A stretch of 64,000 bases of DNA from the human T2T-CHM13v2.0 reference genome, Homo sapiens: NCBI RefSeq assembly GCF_009914755.1, contig NC_060934.1. One strand, 5' to 3'. Every line of letters begins with the position of its first letter. The first letter of the stretch is position 1. The notes under the pieces are model-generated. The model was not told where the DNA came from. It searched no databases and saw nothing but the letters and a program-made list of their open reading frames with translations. Below are positions 1-14,399 of the stretch, one piece after another. Position numbers and translations under genes: made by a program.

Positions 1-313
1 CTCAATTCAAAGCAACAGACATATTTTGAGTGCCCACTATGTGCCAGGTAGTATGTGCTACCCTCAAGGATGAGTGACCTAGTGAAAATGACCATTTGGG
101 ATAGGGTGAGGGAGCCAGAATAGTACAGAAAATATATGACTGACTGTCCTCCACAAGTAGAAGCACAATACTGGCAGGCAGTTTGGGCAAAGTTTTTTGA
201 ATGAAAGACAAAGAAGGAAGGGCCTGACTCTGAAATATATTAGGCTTTTGCAGGGCAAGTGACTTTAGAGCTAGAGCTAGAGTTAAGATTTGTCCAGGTG
301 AGAAAATGATGTA

Positions 314-480
314 TGGGGGGAGAGGGAAAGATGCGTAGAGAGGTAAAGGGGTAAGTATGTAGAGTTGTCCATTATGGCTACAATGCGGAATGCTGGGGGG
401 AGAGGGAAAGATGCGTAGAGAGGTAAAGGGGTAAAAGTATGTAGAGTTGTCCATTATGGCTACAATGCGGAATGCTGGGG
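314..480. repeat. Tandem duplication, about 80 bp unit x2
   Basis: 314-393 repeated at 394-475 (2-nt indel only), ending in TGGGG microhomology. Confidence 0.95.
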
Positions 481-760
481 CTGAGGGATGGTGGGATTTT
501 GGCTGGAAATGAATGGTCAGGGCTAAACTCAGGAATCTGATCTTTGTCCTGAGGATTATTTTTGTTCTTAATGAGGAATGACATGAGCTCATGTGTTTTA
601 GAAAGACCTTTCTGGCAGCAAATGAGAGGCAGATTTGGAGACACTGGAGTGTATGAAATGAGCTTGTTTGTATCCTTAGCCATTTACCAAGGGTCGAAGA
701 TAAGACTATGAATAAGATTTTTGTGTAGTATGCACATTAACCCTTTATCTGACCTACTTA

Positions 761-1128
<368 letters not shown>

Positions 1129-1158
1129 TCAACTCTTTACATTGTATAATGCTCTTTA

Positions 1159-1320
<162 letters not shown>

Positions 1321-2039
1321 TGATCCTCATAAACATCCTTCTGAAGTAGTTATCTCCATTGTACAGATGAGAAAGCTGAGGCCATGATATGTTTGATGAT
1401 GTCTTCGCCAAGGTTACCTAGGTAGTAAGTGGCAGAGATAAAATCTGAATATAGGCATTCTGATGACCATGCCACCTCCAGAAGAAATGACAGGACCTTG
1501 TGTCCTATAGAAGAATATAACTTGACCTCACAATTTCTAGCCTGAAAAATTATATAAATAGTGGCTGGAAAAATCAGCCTATTTTGGAGGTAGATAACAA
1601 ATTCTGTTTGGGGTGTGTATTGCTAAGGATGCTAGCAGAACATACCGGTAGAGATGTCCAACAGGCAGTTGGAAATAGGGAGAGAAAGAAGTTGGGTTGA
1701 GAACTCATAGACACAGAAGGCAGCTACTTGGCACCAGGTAATACAAGTGATTGGTGTTCTATAAACTTCCAAAGCCTGCTCAGTTATTCATCTGCTCACA
1801 CCATCCCATGCTTAGCGCTTCTTCCTCTATGTTGAGGCTTTCAGGAGGGCTACTGGGGAAAAAAAACAAAACAAAACCAGTGACCACACAAAAGATAGGC
1901 TTGGAGTATTTATCCTGGAGAATAAATAATGTCACTCAGGTTTACATGCCAAGGATTTCATCCATTCAATCACTTGCGCAACAAATATTACCTGGGTTAT
2001 GCTCAGGGTTAGGAGAATGATGAAAAAAACAGACATATT

Positions 2040-2335
2040 CCGGCAGTGGCTCATGTCTGTAATCTCAGCACTTTGGGAAGCTGAAGTGGGCAGATCACTT
2101 GAGGTCAGGAGTTCAAGACTAGCCTGGCCAACATGGCGAAAACTGTCTCTACTAAAAGCACAAAAATTAGCAAGGCGTGGTGGCACACATCTGTAGTCCC
2201 AGCACTCAGGGGACTGAGGTACGAGAATCGCTTGAACTCAGGAGGCAGAGGTTGCGGTGAGCCAAGATCAGGCCACTGCACTCCAGCCTGGGCGACAGAG
2301 CAAGACTCTGTCTCATAATAAAAAATTTTAAAAAA
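2040..2335 (+). mobile_element. Alu, slightly 5'-truncated, within an L2-like remnant
   Basis: Alu consensus; flanks AAAAAC/TAGACATA. Confidence 0.9.
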
Positions 2336-2544
2336 TAGACATAGTCCCTGCATTCATGGAGCTCAAGAACTAGTAGGAAAAACAGGCATTGATCAAGAAA
2401 TCACAAAAACAACTAATTATAAACTCTCACTGAAGAAAAGAAATACCATGCTCTGAGAACAGTTTATATAAAATAAGGGTACCAGACCAAGTCCAAGGGT
2501 CAAGGAATGTTTCCTCTAGAATATAATTTCTGAAGATTTTTCCT

Positions 2545-3161
2545 CTTCTTTTTTCTTTTTTGAGACAGAGTCTCGCTCTGTTGCCCAGGCTGGAGTGCAG
2601 TGACACAATCTCTGCTCAGTGCAACCCACGCCTGCCAGATTCAAGCAATTCTCCCTGCCTCAGCCTGCCAAGTAGCTGGAATTACAGGTATCCGCCACTA
2701 CACCTAGCTAATTTTTGTATTTTTAGTGGAGATGGGGTTTCACCATGTGGGCCAGGCTGGTCTTGAACTCCTGACCTCAGGTGATCTGCCCACCTCAGCC
2801 TCCCAAAGTGCTGGGATAACAGGCGTGAGCCACTGCACCTAGCTTTTTTTTTTTTTTTTTGAGACAGAGTCTCACTCTGTCACCCAGGCTGGAGTGCAGT
2901 GGTGTGATCACAGCTCAGTGGCACGATCACAGCTCACTGCAGCCTTGACCTCCCTGGCTCAAGTGATCCTCCCTCCTCAGTCCCTGAGTAGCTGGGACCA
3001 CAGGTGGGCGCTACCATGCCCAGCTAATTTTTGTACTTTTTGTAGAGATGGATTTTCACCATGTTGCCCAGGCTGGTCTCAAATTCCTGGGCTCAAGCAA
3101 TCCCCCCACCTCAGCTTCCTACAGTACTGGGATTACAGGCGTGAGCCACCGTGCCCAGCCC
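2545..3161 (-). mobile_element. Two adjacent antisense Alus (2545-2843 AluS-like; 2844-3161 AluJ-like)
   Basis: Two poly-T-led Alu reverse complements. Confidence 0.93.
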
Positions 3162-3599
3162 CGAGTGTTCTTCTTTCCCTCTTCCACATACACCTCCTCC
3201 AAGCCTCACCATTAAACCTCACAGGGAAAGACAATGTTAAATATCTTCACAGAGAAATCCAGGACTGAGTATATATTCTCCATATGCATTTGTAAACCTC
3301 CCATAATGATTCACCTTGCCATTTCCATGTGTCTAGTCCACAATATCATTTTATCTACATTATCTGGCTTGCATACTAATCACAACCTTGTGACATAAGC
3401 AGGCGAGTATGACTATATGCATTTTTTTCTGAAGTAGAATGTGACAAAGGCTAGGTAACTTGCCTAAAATCACATGGCTCATTAATGGGGGTGCTGGGAC
3501 TTGAACTTGGGTCTTGTAAGACCTAGATGGCATTATTCTTGTAATATTCATTCTTTTATTTATTCATTCATCCATAGACATGTATTGATCACCTTTTGA

Positions 3600-3949
<350 letters not shown>

Positions 3950-5019
3950 GAACCACTGAAGGTTTTTAAGCAGGAAAGCAGAGCTGTTTTCTGGATGAGC
4001 AAACAGAAAGTAGTGGTTTTCCAAGTACAGTCTGAGACAACCTATAGGACCAGAATCTCTGCAGTTGAGGCTCAGGAATCTGGTAATCAGCCAGGTATAG
4101 GAACTCTTTTCTGATTGCAATGCAGTGAAGAGCAGAAGCACTGTATTAGAGAAAGAGGCAGTGCAACCAGGTAACGTGACCAGGTGAGAAGTGATGAGGT
4201 ACAGAGACAAAGAGATGCACTTTTGAGTCACTTAGATGGCACTGATAGGACTTCCACTACACCCTCGCATAGACAGTGGCTGAGGTTCAGGAAATAGAGC
4301 TGGGGTTCCTACTTGGATCCTCTGGCTCTAGAGCTTTACTGCACATAGCCATTTATACCCACATCTTGATTTTAATTATTTTATATCTATGTTTCTTAGC
4401 ACTTTTTGCAAATTTCCACCTTATCTCAAACTGCCCTCAAGCCTTGTATTTCTCCTTCGCTTTCATAAAACCTAGGAAAGAAATAAGGGACAGCCAAGTA
4501 AAACTTTTAAAAGTTTTAGAACATTTATTTCTTTGGGGCTGGTTACACAGGCGAGAAAGAAGTAGATTTGGTTAGGGAGAGAAAACAACAGGCCTTGGGG
4601 AGATACACTGGCTCTCCCCCTCCCTAAACCCTAAGAGGCCTCCAGGAAACCTGAAGACAATAATTCCAGAAGCCCAGAGGGTGACCCCATTTCCTCTCTC
4701 CATGGTTATTACTGTCAGTCTGGAGCAGTTCAGGAATTCAGGAAACTATAAAGAAACCACAACAGCCTCAACAACCCAAACATCAACATCAACAACCTCA
4801 ACAATAAAACTCCTTAAAATTCATCTCCTTCCACCCACTCACAACCGCAGACTCGAAGCTAGGAGGTGGAAGGGACTACAGAAGCTCTGCGTTGCCCAGG
4901 TTAGTATTTGCTCATCACAGGCCTGGGTTTCCCAGGATCTCAGGGAGCCTGGAAACTGACGCCTCCATTTCTGGGTGGGAGCACCAAAGCCTAAGGACAC
5001 CTTTCCTCTCTCTTCACTG

Positions 5020-5370
5020 CTAAGCAGGTCAAGATTAAAGCAAACCGAGGCAAAGGCCACGGTTGACAGTTCCAAGGGAACCCGCAAGGCCGCACAGGAT
5101 GGGGTGGACGTTTTACGGGAGAAAAGGCTGGGGAAGTGGGCGGGCGATGGCCTACGACGGGACTTGGGGCGGGGTGTGCGAAACGCCTGGCAGGCGGGCC
5201 CTTGAGTATGACCAATCAGAATGCGGACTGCGTCCCAGGGGCGGAGCAGAGGCGTATCTTGGTCGAGATTGGATAGCGGCGGGGCGCAGGAAAGAGGTCG
5301 CGCCAGCCCGGGCAGGCAGCTTTGCAAGTCCGCGTTATATATCGCAGTGGCTGCGCCCGGGATAGCTGGC
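5020..5370 (+). promoter_or_regulatory. ELOVL3: ELOVL3 CpG-rich core promoter (GC boxes, CCAAT boxes, TATA-like element)
   Basis: GGGGCGGGG 5166-5174, CCAAT 5212-5216, GGGGCGGAG 5238-5246, ATTGG 5268-5272, TATATAT 5336-5342; CpG-dense about 5040-5480. Confidence 0.8.
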
Positions 5371-5535
5371 TGCGCCGCCGCGCACATGCCTAGGTTCGAC
5401 GCCCTCCTCCCTTTGCCCAGGAGTTCCTTCTGTCCCGGCTCTGTTCCGTCTCGCCCCGAGGTTCACGCCATCCTCGGAGCCCCAGCCTTTCACCCAGCGC
5501 CTCCAAGCTTTGGACCTTGACTTCTGCAAAACTAG

Positions 5536-5636
5536 ATGGTCACAGCCATGAATGTCTCACATGAAGTAAATCAGCTGTTCCAGCCCTATAACTTCGAGCT
5601 GTCCAAGGACATGAGGCCCTTTTTCGAGGAGTATTG
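5536..5636 (+). CDS. ELOVL3: ELOVL3 coding exon 1
   Basis: ATG 5536, MVTAMNVSHEVNQLFQPYNFELSKDMRPFFEEY(W); donor TG|GTGAG at 5637. Confidence 0.96.
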
Positions 5637-8239
5637 GTGAGACTTTGGGAGAGGGAAAGGCCATGCCAGGGCCCCGGGGCCGGGGCGCGAGGGGGTGGCA
5701 TTGAATGCCCACAATGATTTTCTTACAGAGCAGAGTTATGGGACTCCCTTGTACTGGCTTCACACTACCTTTGTCCGAGGTGCAGGTAGTATGTGGCACC
5801 TCAAAGAGATTAGAGCTGAAAGCAAGCAAGCAGAAATAAGAGGATGAGGGAGAACGTGGAAATATACAGAAGTCAAAGAGAGCGTGTAGTGAGAAGGGTC
5901 TTGGAGGCGTGAGGTTGATCTGAAGCCTTACTAGATGACTTCCCCGTCCTTTGTGGCTGTGTGTGCGCGCGTGTGTGCACAGTGCAGGGCCCGGGGGACA
6001 GCCTGCCCTTTACAATTATCCCATCGTTCCCCAGGTGCTCCACCGTTCCTGCTGTGGAGAAGGAGGCGAAGTCAGAGAGCTCTTCCAAGCTTTCCCCAGG
6101 AAGAGCTCTCTGGCTTTGCCTTAAAGCTCCCCAGAGGTTTTGGAGGCTGACTTTATGCTCCAACCAATTTGCCATACCCCAGCCAGGGAGAAGCTATTGC
6201 CACATTCTTCTTACGCCACAGCCCTGGTATGCTTCTAGGAGCCCCAACCAGGGAGAAGCTATTGCCACACTTCTTACACCACAGCCCTGGGCTGCTTCTA
6301 GGCGCGGGCCAGACAGCCGTCACCCACCTCTAACCCCACTGAGAGAGCAATAATCACAGAAACCTTGGACATAGCTCCTGCCCTGTGCTAGATACTTTGT
6401 ATACGTTAATACCCCCAGGAGAGATGTAGTATTCGCGCTCTACAAATGAGGAAGCCAAGGCTCAGAGAATTAAGTTGGTTTTTCCAATGTCACATAGCTA
6501 GTAAGTGGCAGAACTGGGACTCCAACCCAGAGCACTCACCTGGAGAGATGAGTGGGCATTTCTCTAATCAGCACCCACCCATGAGCCCATCCCTCTGCCT
6601 TCTGCTTGCCAGGGCAACCTCATTCCCCATAGCCCTGATCTACCTGGTTCTCATCGCTGTGGGGCAGAACTACATGAAGGAACGCAAGGGCTTCAACCTG
6701 CAAGGGCCTCTCATCCTCTGGTCCTTCTGCCTTGCAATCTTCAGGTAAGACCCCATCCCACTCCCTGCCTCTTCTCTAGATCTTAGACCACCATTCTATC
6801 CCTTGAAGCTTTCCCGATTGCATCAACCTCCATCCTGTCCCCAAGTTGCCTTGTAACACTCTCCCCATCTCATTCTCGGCTTTAGTTCCCCTCCCAGCCT
6901 TCACCCTCTTCTGTTATATTATCCTGTTTTCCTTCTCTTTTAGACCCCTACCTGGTGGTCTCTGCTTTGTCCCTCTTGCCTTCGTAGAGTCTGTACTCGC
7001 AACTAATTTCTCCAGCCTCTAATAGTGTCACCTCCTAACACCCTCTCTCAAGACCCTCCAATAACTTCCCCATATTTTCTCCCCCAAACTCCTTCAGTCT
7101 TCCCCTATCCCTCTACACATCTCCTCCCAGGCTCCTAACCCCTCCCAAGAACCCCATTCCTTAACTCAACTTTCAGTCCCATCCCCCTGCATTCCCTGAT
7201 CTTTCTCCAGCCCTCGTCTCCTCTAGACTACTGATTGGATCTACCAGATTGGCTTCAGGATCTCAGGAGCTTTGACCCACCCCCTGTGGACAGGTGGGGA
7301 GGTGGTAGAGCTTGGAACACAGTAACCTGGCCAAGCCGGGGGAAGGGTGGATTATTGGTGCCTGGGGATGACACTTACACCATCTTCCTTTGTCCCATTT
7401 CAGTATCCTGGGGGCAGTGAGGATGTGGGGCATTATGGGGACTGTGCTACTTACCGGGGGCCTAAAGCAAACCGTGTGCTTCATCAACTTCATCGATAAT
7501 TCCACAGTCAAATTCTGGTCCTGGGTCTTTCTTCTCAGCAAGGTCATAGAACTCGGTGAGTGGCAAAGCTTTGTCTTTCTGGTGCCTTGTGAACTGCATC
7601 CTTCCTCAGGGCCCTCCCTTCACCCATCCCATGGAGGGTCTCTTTCCTACCCTTGGGTCCCAATAATACCTCTCACCCAAGCCCCTCTACAGATTCTCTG
7701 CCACAAAGACCCCCTTCCCTCCCCTGAGAATTTCTCCCGTGTCCCTACATCCAGTGCAGAGGGTGGTCCCAGCACTGGGTGGTATGCCAACTATGACTCT
7801 CCATCTCCCAGGAGACACAGCCTTCATCATCCTGCGTAAGCGGCCACTCATCTTTATTCACTGGTACCACCACAGCACAGTGCTCGTGTACACAAGCTTT
7901 GGATACAAGAACAAAGTGCCTGCAGGAGGCTGGTTCGTCACCATGAACTTTGGTGTTCATGCCATCATGTACACCTACTACACTCTGAAGGCTGCCAACG
8001 TGAAGCCCCCCAAGATGCTGCCCATGCTCATCACCAGCCTGCAGATCTTGCAGATGTTTGTAGGAGCCATCGTCAGCATCCTCACGTACATCTGGAGGCA
8101 GGATCAGGGATGCCACACCACGATGGAACACTTATTCTGGTCCTTCATCTTGTATATGACCTATTTCATCCTCTTTGCCCACTTCTTCTGCCAGACCTAC
8201 ATCAGGCCCAAGGTCAAAGCCAAGACCAAGAGCCAGTGA
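5536..8239 (+). CDS. ELOVL3: Very-long-chain fatty acid elongase 3; spliced CDS join(5536-5636,6613-6744,7404-7555,7812-8239), 270 aa
   Basis: Exons 101+132+152+428 = 813 nt, all introns GT..AG, frame continuous. Protein MVTAMNVSHEVNQLFQPYNF...[26 protein letters not shown]...KAKTKSQ* has the ELO KxxExxDT motif, HxxHH box and C-terminal KxKxx ER motif. Confidence 0.98.
6177..6304. repeat. Diverged tandem duplication, about 64 bp x2, ELOVL3 intron 1
   Basis: CCAGGGAGAAGCTATTGCCACA...CCACAGCCCTGG..TGCTTCTAGG occurs twice. Confidence 0.9.
6350..6535 (-). mobile_element. MIR in ELOVL3 intron 1
   Basis: Core 'tacaaatgaggaagccaaggctcagaga...gtcacatagctagtaagtggcagaactgggactc'. Confidence 0.8.
6613..6744 (+). 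CDS. ELOVL3: ELOVL3 exon 2
   Basis: Acceptor cttgccag|G; ATSFPIALIYLVLIAVGQNYMKERKGFNLQGPLILWSFCLAIF; donor AG|GTAAG. Confidence 0.97.
7404..7555 (+). CDS. ELOVL3: ELOVL3 exon 3
   Basis: Acceptor catttcag|T; ILGAVRMWGIMG...LLSKVIEL; donor CG|GTGAGT. Confidence 0.97.
7812..8239 (+). CDS. ELOVL3: ELOVL3 exon 4 coding part
   Basis: Acceptor ctcccag|GA; [20 protein letters not shown]...KTKSQ, TGA at 8237-8239. Confidence 0.98.
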
Positions 8240-8557
8240 AGGTTTGGAGAGAACAATGAAGCTCCAGGCTCTCTCTTCTCCAGGGCACCAAGAGGCTGGG
8301 CTTAGTTTTGGGAGAATGATTAGGTTGCCTTACCTGCATGGTTTCCCCAGAGGATGTGTGCCCCAAGGTGGCTGGAATTTTTGACAGACAAGAAGGGTGA
8401 CCTTGGGATGGGGGTGTGGTCTGTTACTTTAATGTTTCTGTTTTTAATGTGAAGGCCAAGCAGGCCCTGGGATGGGAGTGGGGCGGAGGAGGGTCCTAAG
8501 AGCTGATTATTTAATTTCTATCCAGAAATCTTTCTTCTTCTTGCTCTGTTTTTTTAA

Positions 8558-8563
8558 ATTAAA
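8558..8563 (+). terminator. ELOVL3: ELOVL3 polyadenylation signal (ATTAAA variant)
   Basis: ATTAAA about 320 nt after the stop, preceded by a U-rich tract and followed by U/G-rich sequence. Confidence 0.7.
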
Positions 8564-9190
8564 GATTTCAACAAAATTTTGAGAGTTGGGGGATTTGGGG
8601 GGAAAGAGGGCTGCTGTGATGGCAGGAGGCTGCTACCAAGGGGATGATCTGCAGGTGGGACGCCTGAGGGTGTGTGGAAGGGTGAGAGGCACACACACAG
8701 ACACTGAAAGAATCCTAGGCCTGGTAGGCACTTAACAAATGTCTGTTACAGACCAGAATTTTATTGCTGTTAGAGACCCAAGCCCCTCATAGGAACAGTG
8801 AGAAACAGGTGCAGAAAGGCGGAGTAACTTTATCTAAAGTCATAGGCTCCCTGAATAGCAGAGCTGACACCTACAAGGAAGCGTTGGAGACCAGATCTAC
8901 CAGCTAGCCTCCCTGAGACCACGAGGTGGCGCCGCAGCACCGGCTGTGGCCGATGCCAGCCAGGTAGCCGGTTTCCCACGTCCCCCGCACGCACGCACCT
9001 CTTTGCTGCAGGAATCCCGGGCTGCCCCGACCTGGAGTAGGGGGGGTGGTGAGTGGGACTGAGTCCCTAGAAGCCTGGACCCTCACTTCGTTCCTGTACA
9101 TCCAGCTCGCCTGTAGACAGTGGGGGAGGATGAAGGGAAGAGGACTCAAGCGCAACTTTGAATCATCACGCCTTCGACAGTCCGCGCACG

Positions 9191-9196
9191 TTTATT
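9191..9196 (-). terminator. PITX3: PITX3 polyadenylation signal AATAAA
   Basis: TTTATT on the + strand, about 305 nt past the PITX3 stop codon. Confidence 0.8.
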
Positions 9197-9500
9197 TCAT
9201 TTATCTTTGAAAACGAGGGAGGGGAAGCCTGGAGAAGGCGGGATGGGCCAAGGGTGAGTTGGCCCCCGGGGAGCTGGTCCCTGTTCCTGGCTTTAGTCCC
9301 AGGGGCGCGGTCTGTGTGTAGGGCCTAGTCCACCCCTCAGGGCTGGGAGGGGAAGGCCCTCTCCTGAGCCGGTGCCCCCCAGCTGCCCAAACACCCCTTT
9401 CAGACCCTGGGGCGGGAGCAAGCCAGTCAAAATGACCCCAGTCCGCGGAGGCTGTGAATCGTTGCCCCCGCCCTCGGGGATGATCTACGGGCGGGGCCGC

Positions 9501-11216
<1,716 letters not shown>

Positions 11217-11311
11217 TTAGGATAGAATCGGGAAATAGCATCCTAAGGACGCAGAGGTGCATGCTGAGAGGTTCTCTGCATAGATATATAAACTAGACTT
11301 CGTTTCGTTTA

Positions 11312-11694
<383 letters not shown>

Positions 11695-12038
11695 CTATAG
11701 CACGCTACATACCCTATACTACATCTGCAAAAACTTAAAATCCTTCTCACCTGAATGCTTAGTATCCCCCTATACTCATACATGGTCCTCAGCCAATCAT
11801 ACCTGAGACACAGACCAGATGTCTGTTACCCATTCTCCTTAGGACAGATTGTATTTTGAACCAGACCTGATATTTCTCCCTTAAGAATAATGTATACTTA
11901 CTGTGAGCCTTTACCTCATTCTCTCTCCCCTCACAAGAATACCTCAAGTATGATCATCCTTTTTCTGCTGAGGAAACCGTAACTTGAAGGAACTTGATGA
12001 GGCTCACAGAGCTTGTAAGCAGTGGGATTGAGATCTGA

Positions 12039-12590
<552 letters not shown>

Positions 12591-14399
12591 TGTTTTGTTT
12601 ATTATTTCTGAAGAGATTTCATTTGAAAGAAGGTAACAAGATCAAACACAAGTATAAAAACCACTGGGTGCTTGGGCCGGGCCTGGTCTCATGCCTGCAC
12701 CGACACACACTGCATCCCACCAGTGACTGCTCCACTCATGGACAGCCTCTACCAAGCCTGCTCCAGGCCATAGGCAGGAGCTTCATTAGACCACCTTCCT
12801 ACTCATACTTCCTTTCCCAAACTTAGCCTCACATTGCCCAGGAGCCTCCCAGGGTCCTTCTCCAAGTTTCCCCCGCAGGGTCCCCTTTTCTGCCTGCTCT
12901 CCCAGGACCCCTCTGCTGCGAGGAAGGGAAATGGGCAATACTGGGGCTCAAGACTCTGGGTGCCTTTTGGTTGGAGGAGAACAGAAGGAGGCTAGGGACA
13001 GAGGGAAGGGGTAGAGAGCTGAGTGGGAGGGGCCTCTCTGCCTCTCTCACCCCTTCCCCATTAACAGGGGCTTAATGCAGGCTGCACAGGATGGCATTAA
13101 TGTGGTGGATTAGCCTAGATTGAGATGTGTGTCACTTGGCTGCTCTGGATTTATTAGGAGCCTTTCTCAGGGAGGTGCAGATGGGCAGCAGCCTGTATTT
13201 GCACATGGTAATGCCCCCTTCAACAGCTCAGAGATCACAGCTGTGCCCCCACTCCCCACCCCACCTCTCAAGCCAGGTTGGGAGTGGAACCGAGGTCAAG
13301 GCAGGAGGTTGAGAAAGAGTCCCTGCTCTTTCCACAGGCAGAGGGGTCTAGATCTTGGACCTTTTATTGGGTGTGAAGAGACAGGGCTGGAGGGAACCCA
13401 GGACAGGAGAAAAGTCAGGCCAGAACTGGAGGTGTGCTCAGCTTACTTCCCCTTCCAGGTCGGGTCAGGTCAGGGGGTTTGGAGCTGGAAAACTTTGGCC
13501 AACAATGCTCTGATGGAAGGGAGATGTCCCTGAGAAGGAACTATGGTAGCCTTGGCTGGGAAGATGAGGGAGGAAGGGTTAGAACTGAGAGTTGGAAAAA
13601 GGGGTGCTCTGAAGTCTCCCCTTACTTCATACCCCTTACTTCATACCCAAGATGCCCTTGAAATGCAAATCATCCCCCTGACTTTTCCAGAGGCCATGGA
13701 AGCAACATGGAGCTGGGAAAAAACCCAGAGAGGGGTTTACCTGTGGGAAAAGCAGTCCCACCCTTGCCACCTAGCCTTCCAGTCAGCTTTGGCTCCCGAC
13801 TTGCAGTTTTCCAAATTACCCTGTCCCCGGCATTCCATACCTGCATCTTGCTTTCACTTTATTTCAGCAGAGGGAGGCAGGGTGAGAAGGGATATGGGCG
13901 AGGAAAAGCCGAGGCCAGAAAGCCGAGTTCAGGCTGCGTGTTCCCAGAGACAGACAGACACATGTGCAGACACACACAGGCCCCCACTCAGACATAATAA
14001 GCACTTGGACTTGGAGCTAGGGGCACACAAACACACACTCTCCCACACATGCGCTGCCACATCCAGGCAGACAGACACGTACCGTCACACAGTCTCCTCT
14101 CTGTGACAGGGACAGCTGCCGGGGCTGTTTTGGAGCTAGCCATTATTACCCTTCCCCCACCCCCCACCCCCCCACCGCCTCCCTGGCCCCTCTGAACCTC
14201 AGCTCTCAGTCCCAGGAGCTAAGGACTCTGTGTGGGGGAGGAGCAGGCCAAGGGGCCAGGGGAGTGTTCTGCACTGGATGCTGCTGAGTGAGGAGAAGGC
14301 ATGAGAATGCTGGAGCTAGAGGATGGGGTGGGGAGGAGGGGCAGAAAGTGCCCAGGCCCCTCTCAGGAAAGTCATCTGGTATAGCCCAAAGAAATTAGG

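Noticed and set aside
2-683. 196-aa and 101-aa minus-strand ORFs
   Set aside because: They span an L2-like remnant and the 80-bp duplication (repeated peptide PSIPHCSHNGQLYIL); no domain or splice structure.
7739-7811. Apparent N-terminal extension of the 166-aa ELOVL3 ORF
   Set aside because: Intron 3 sequence upstream of the 7812 acceptor; the spliced model gives the expected 270 aa.
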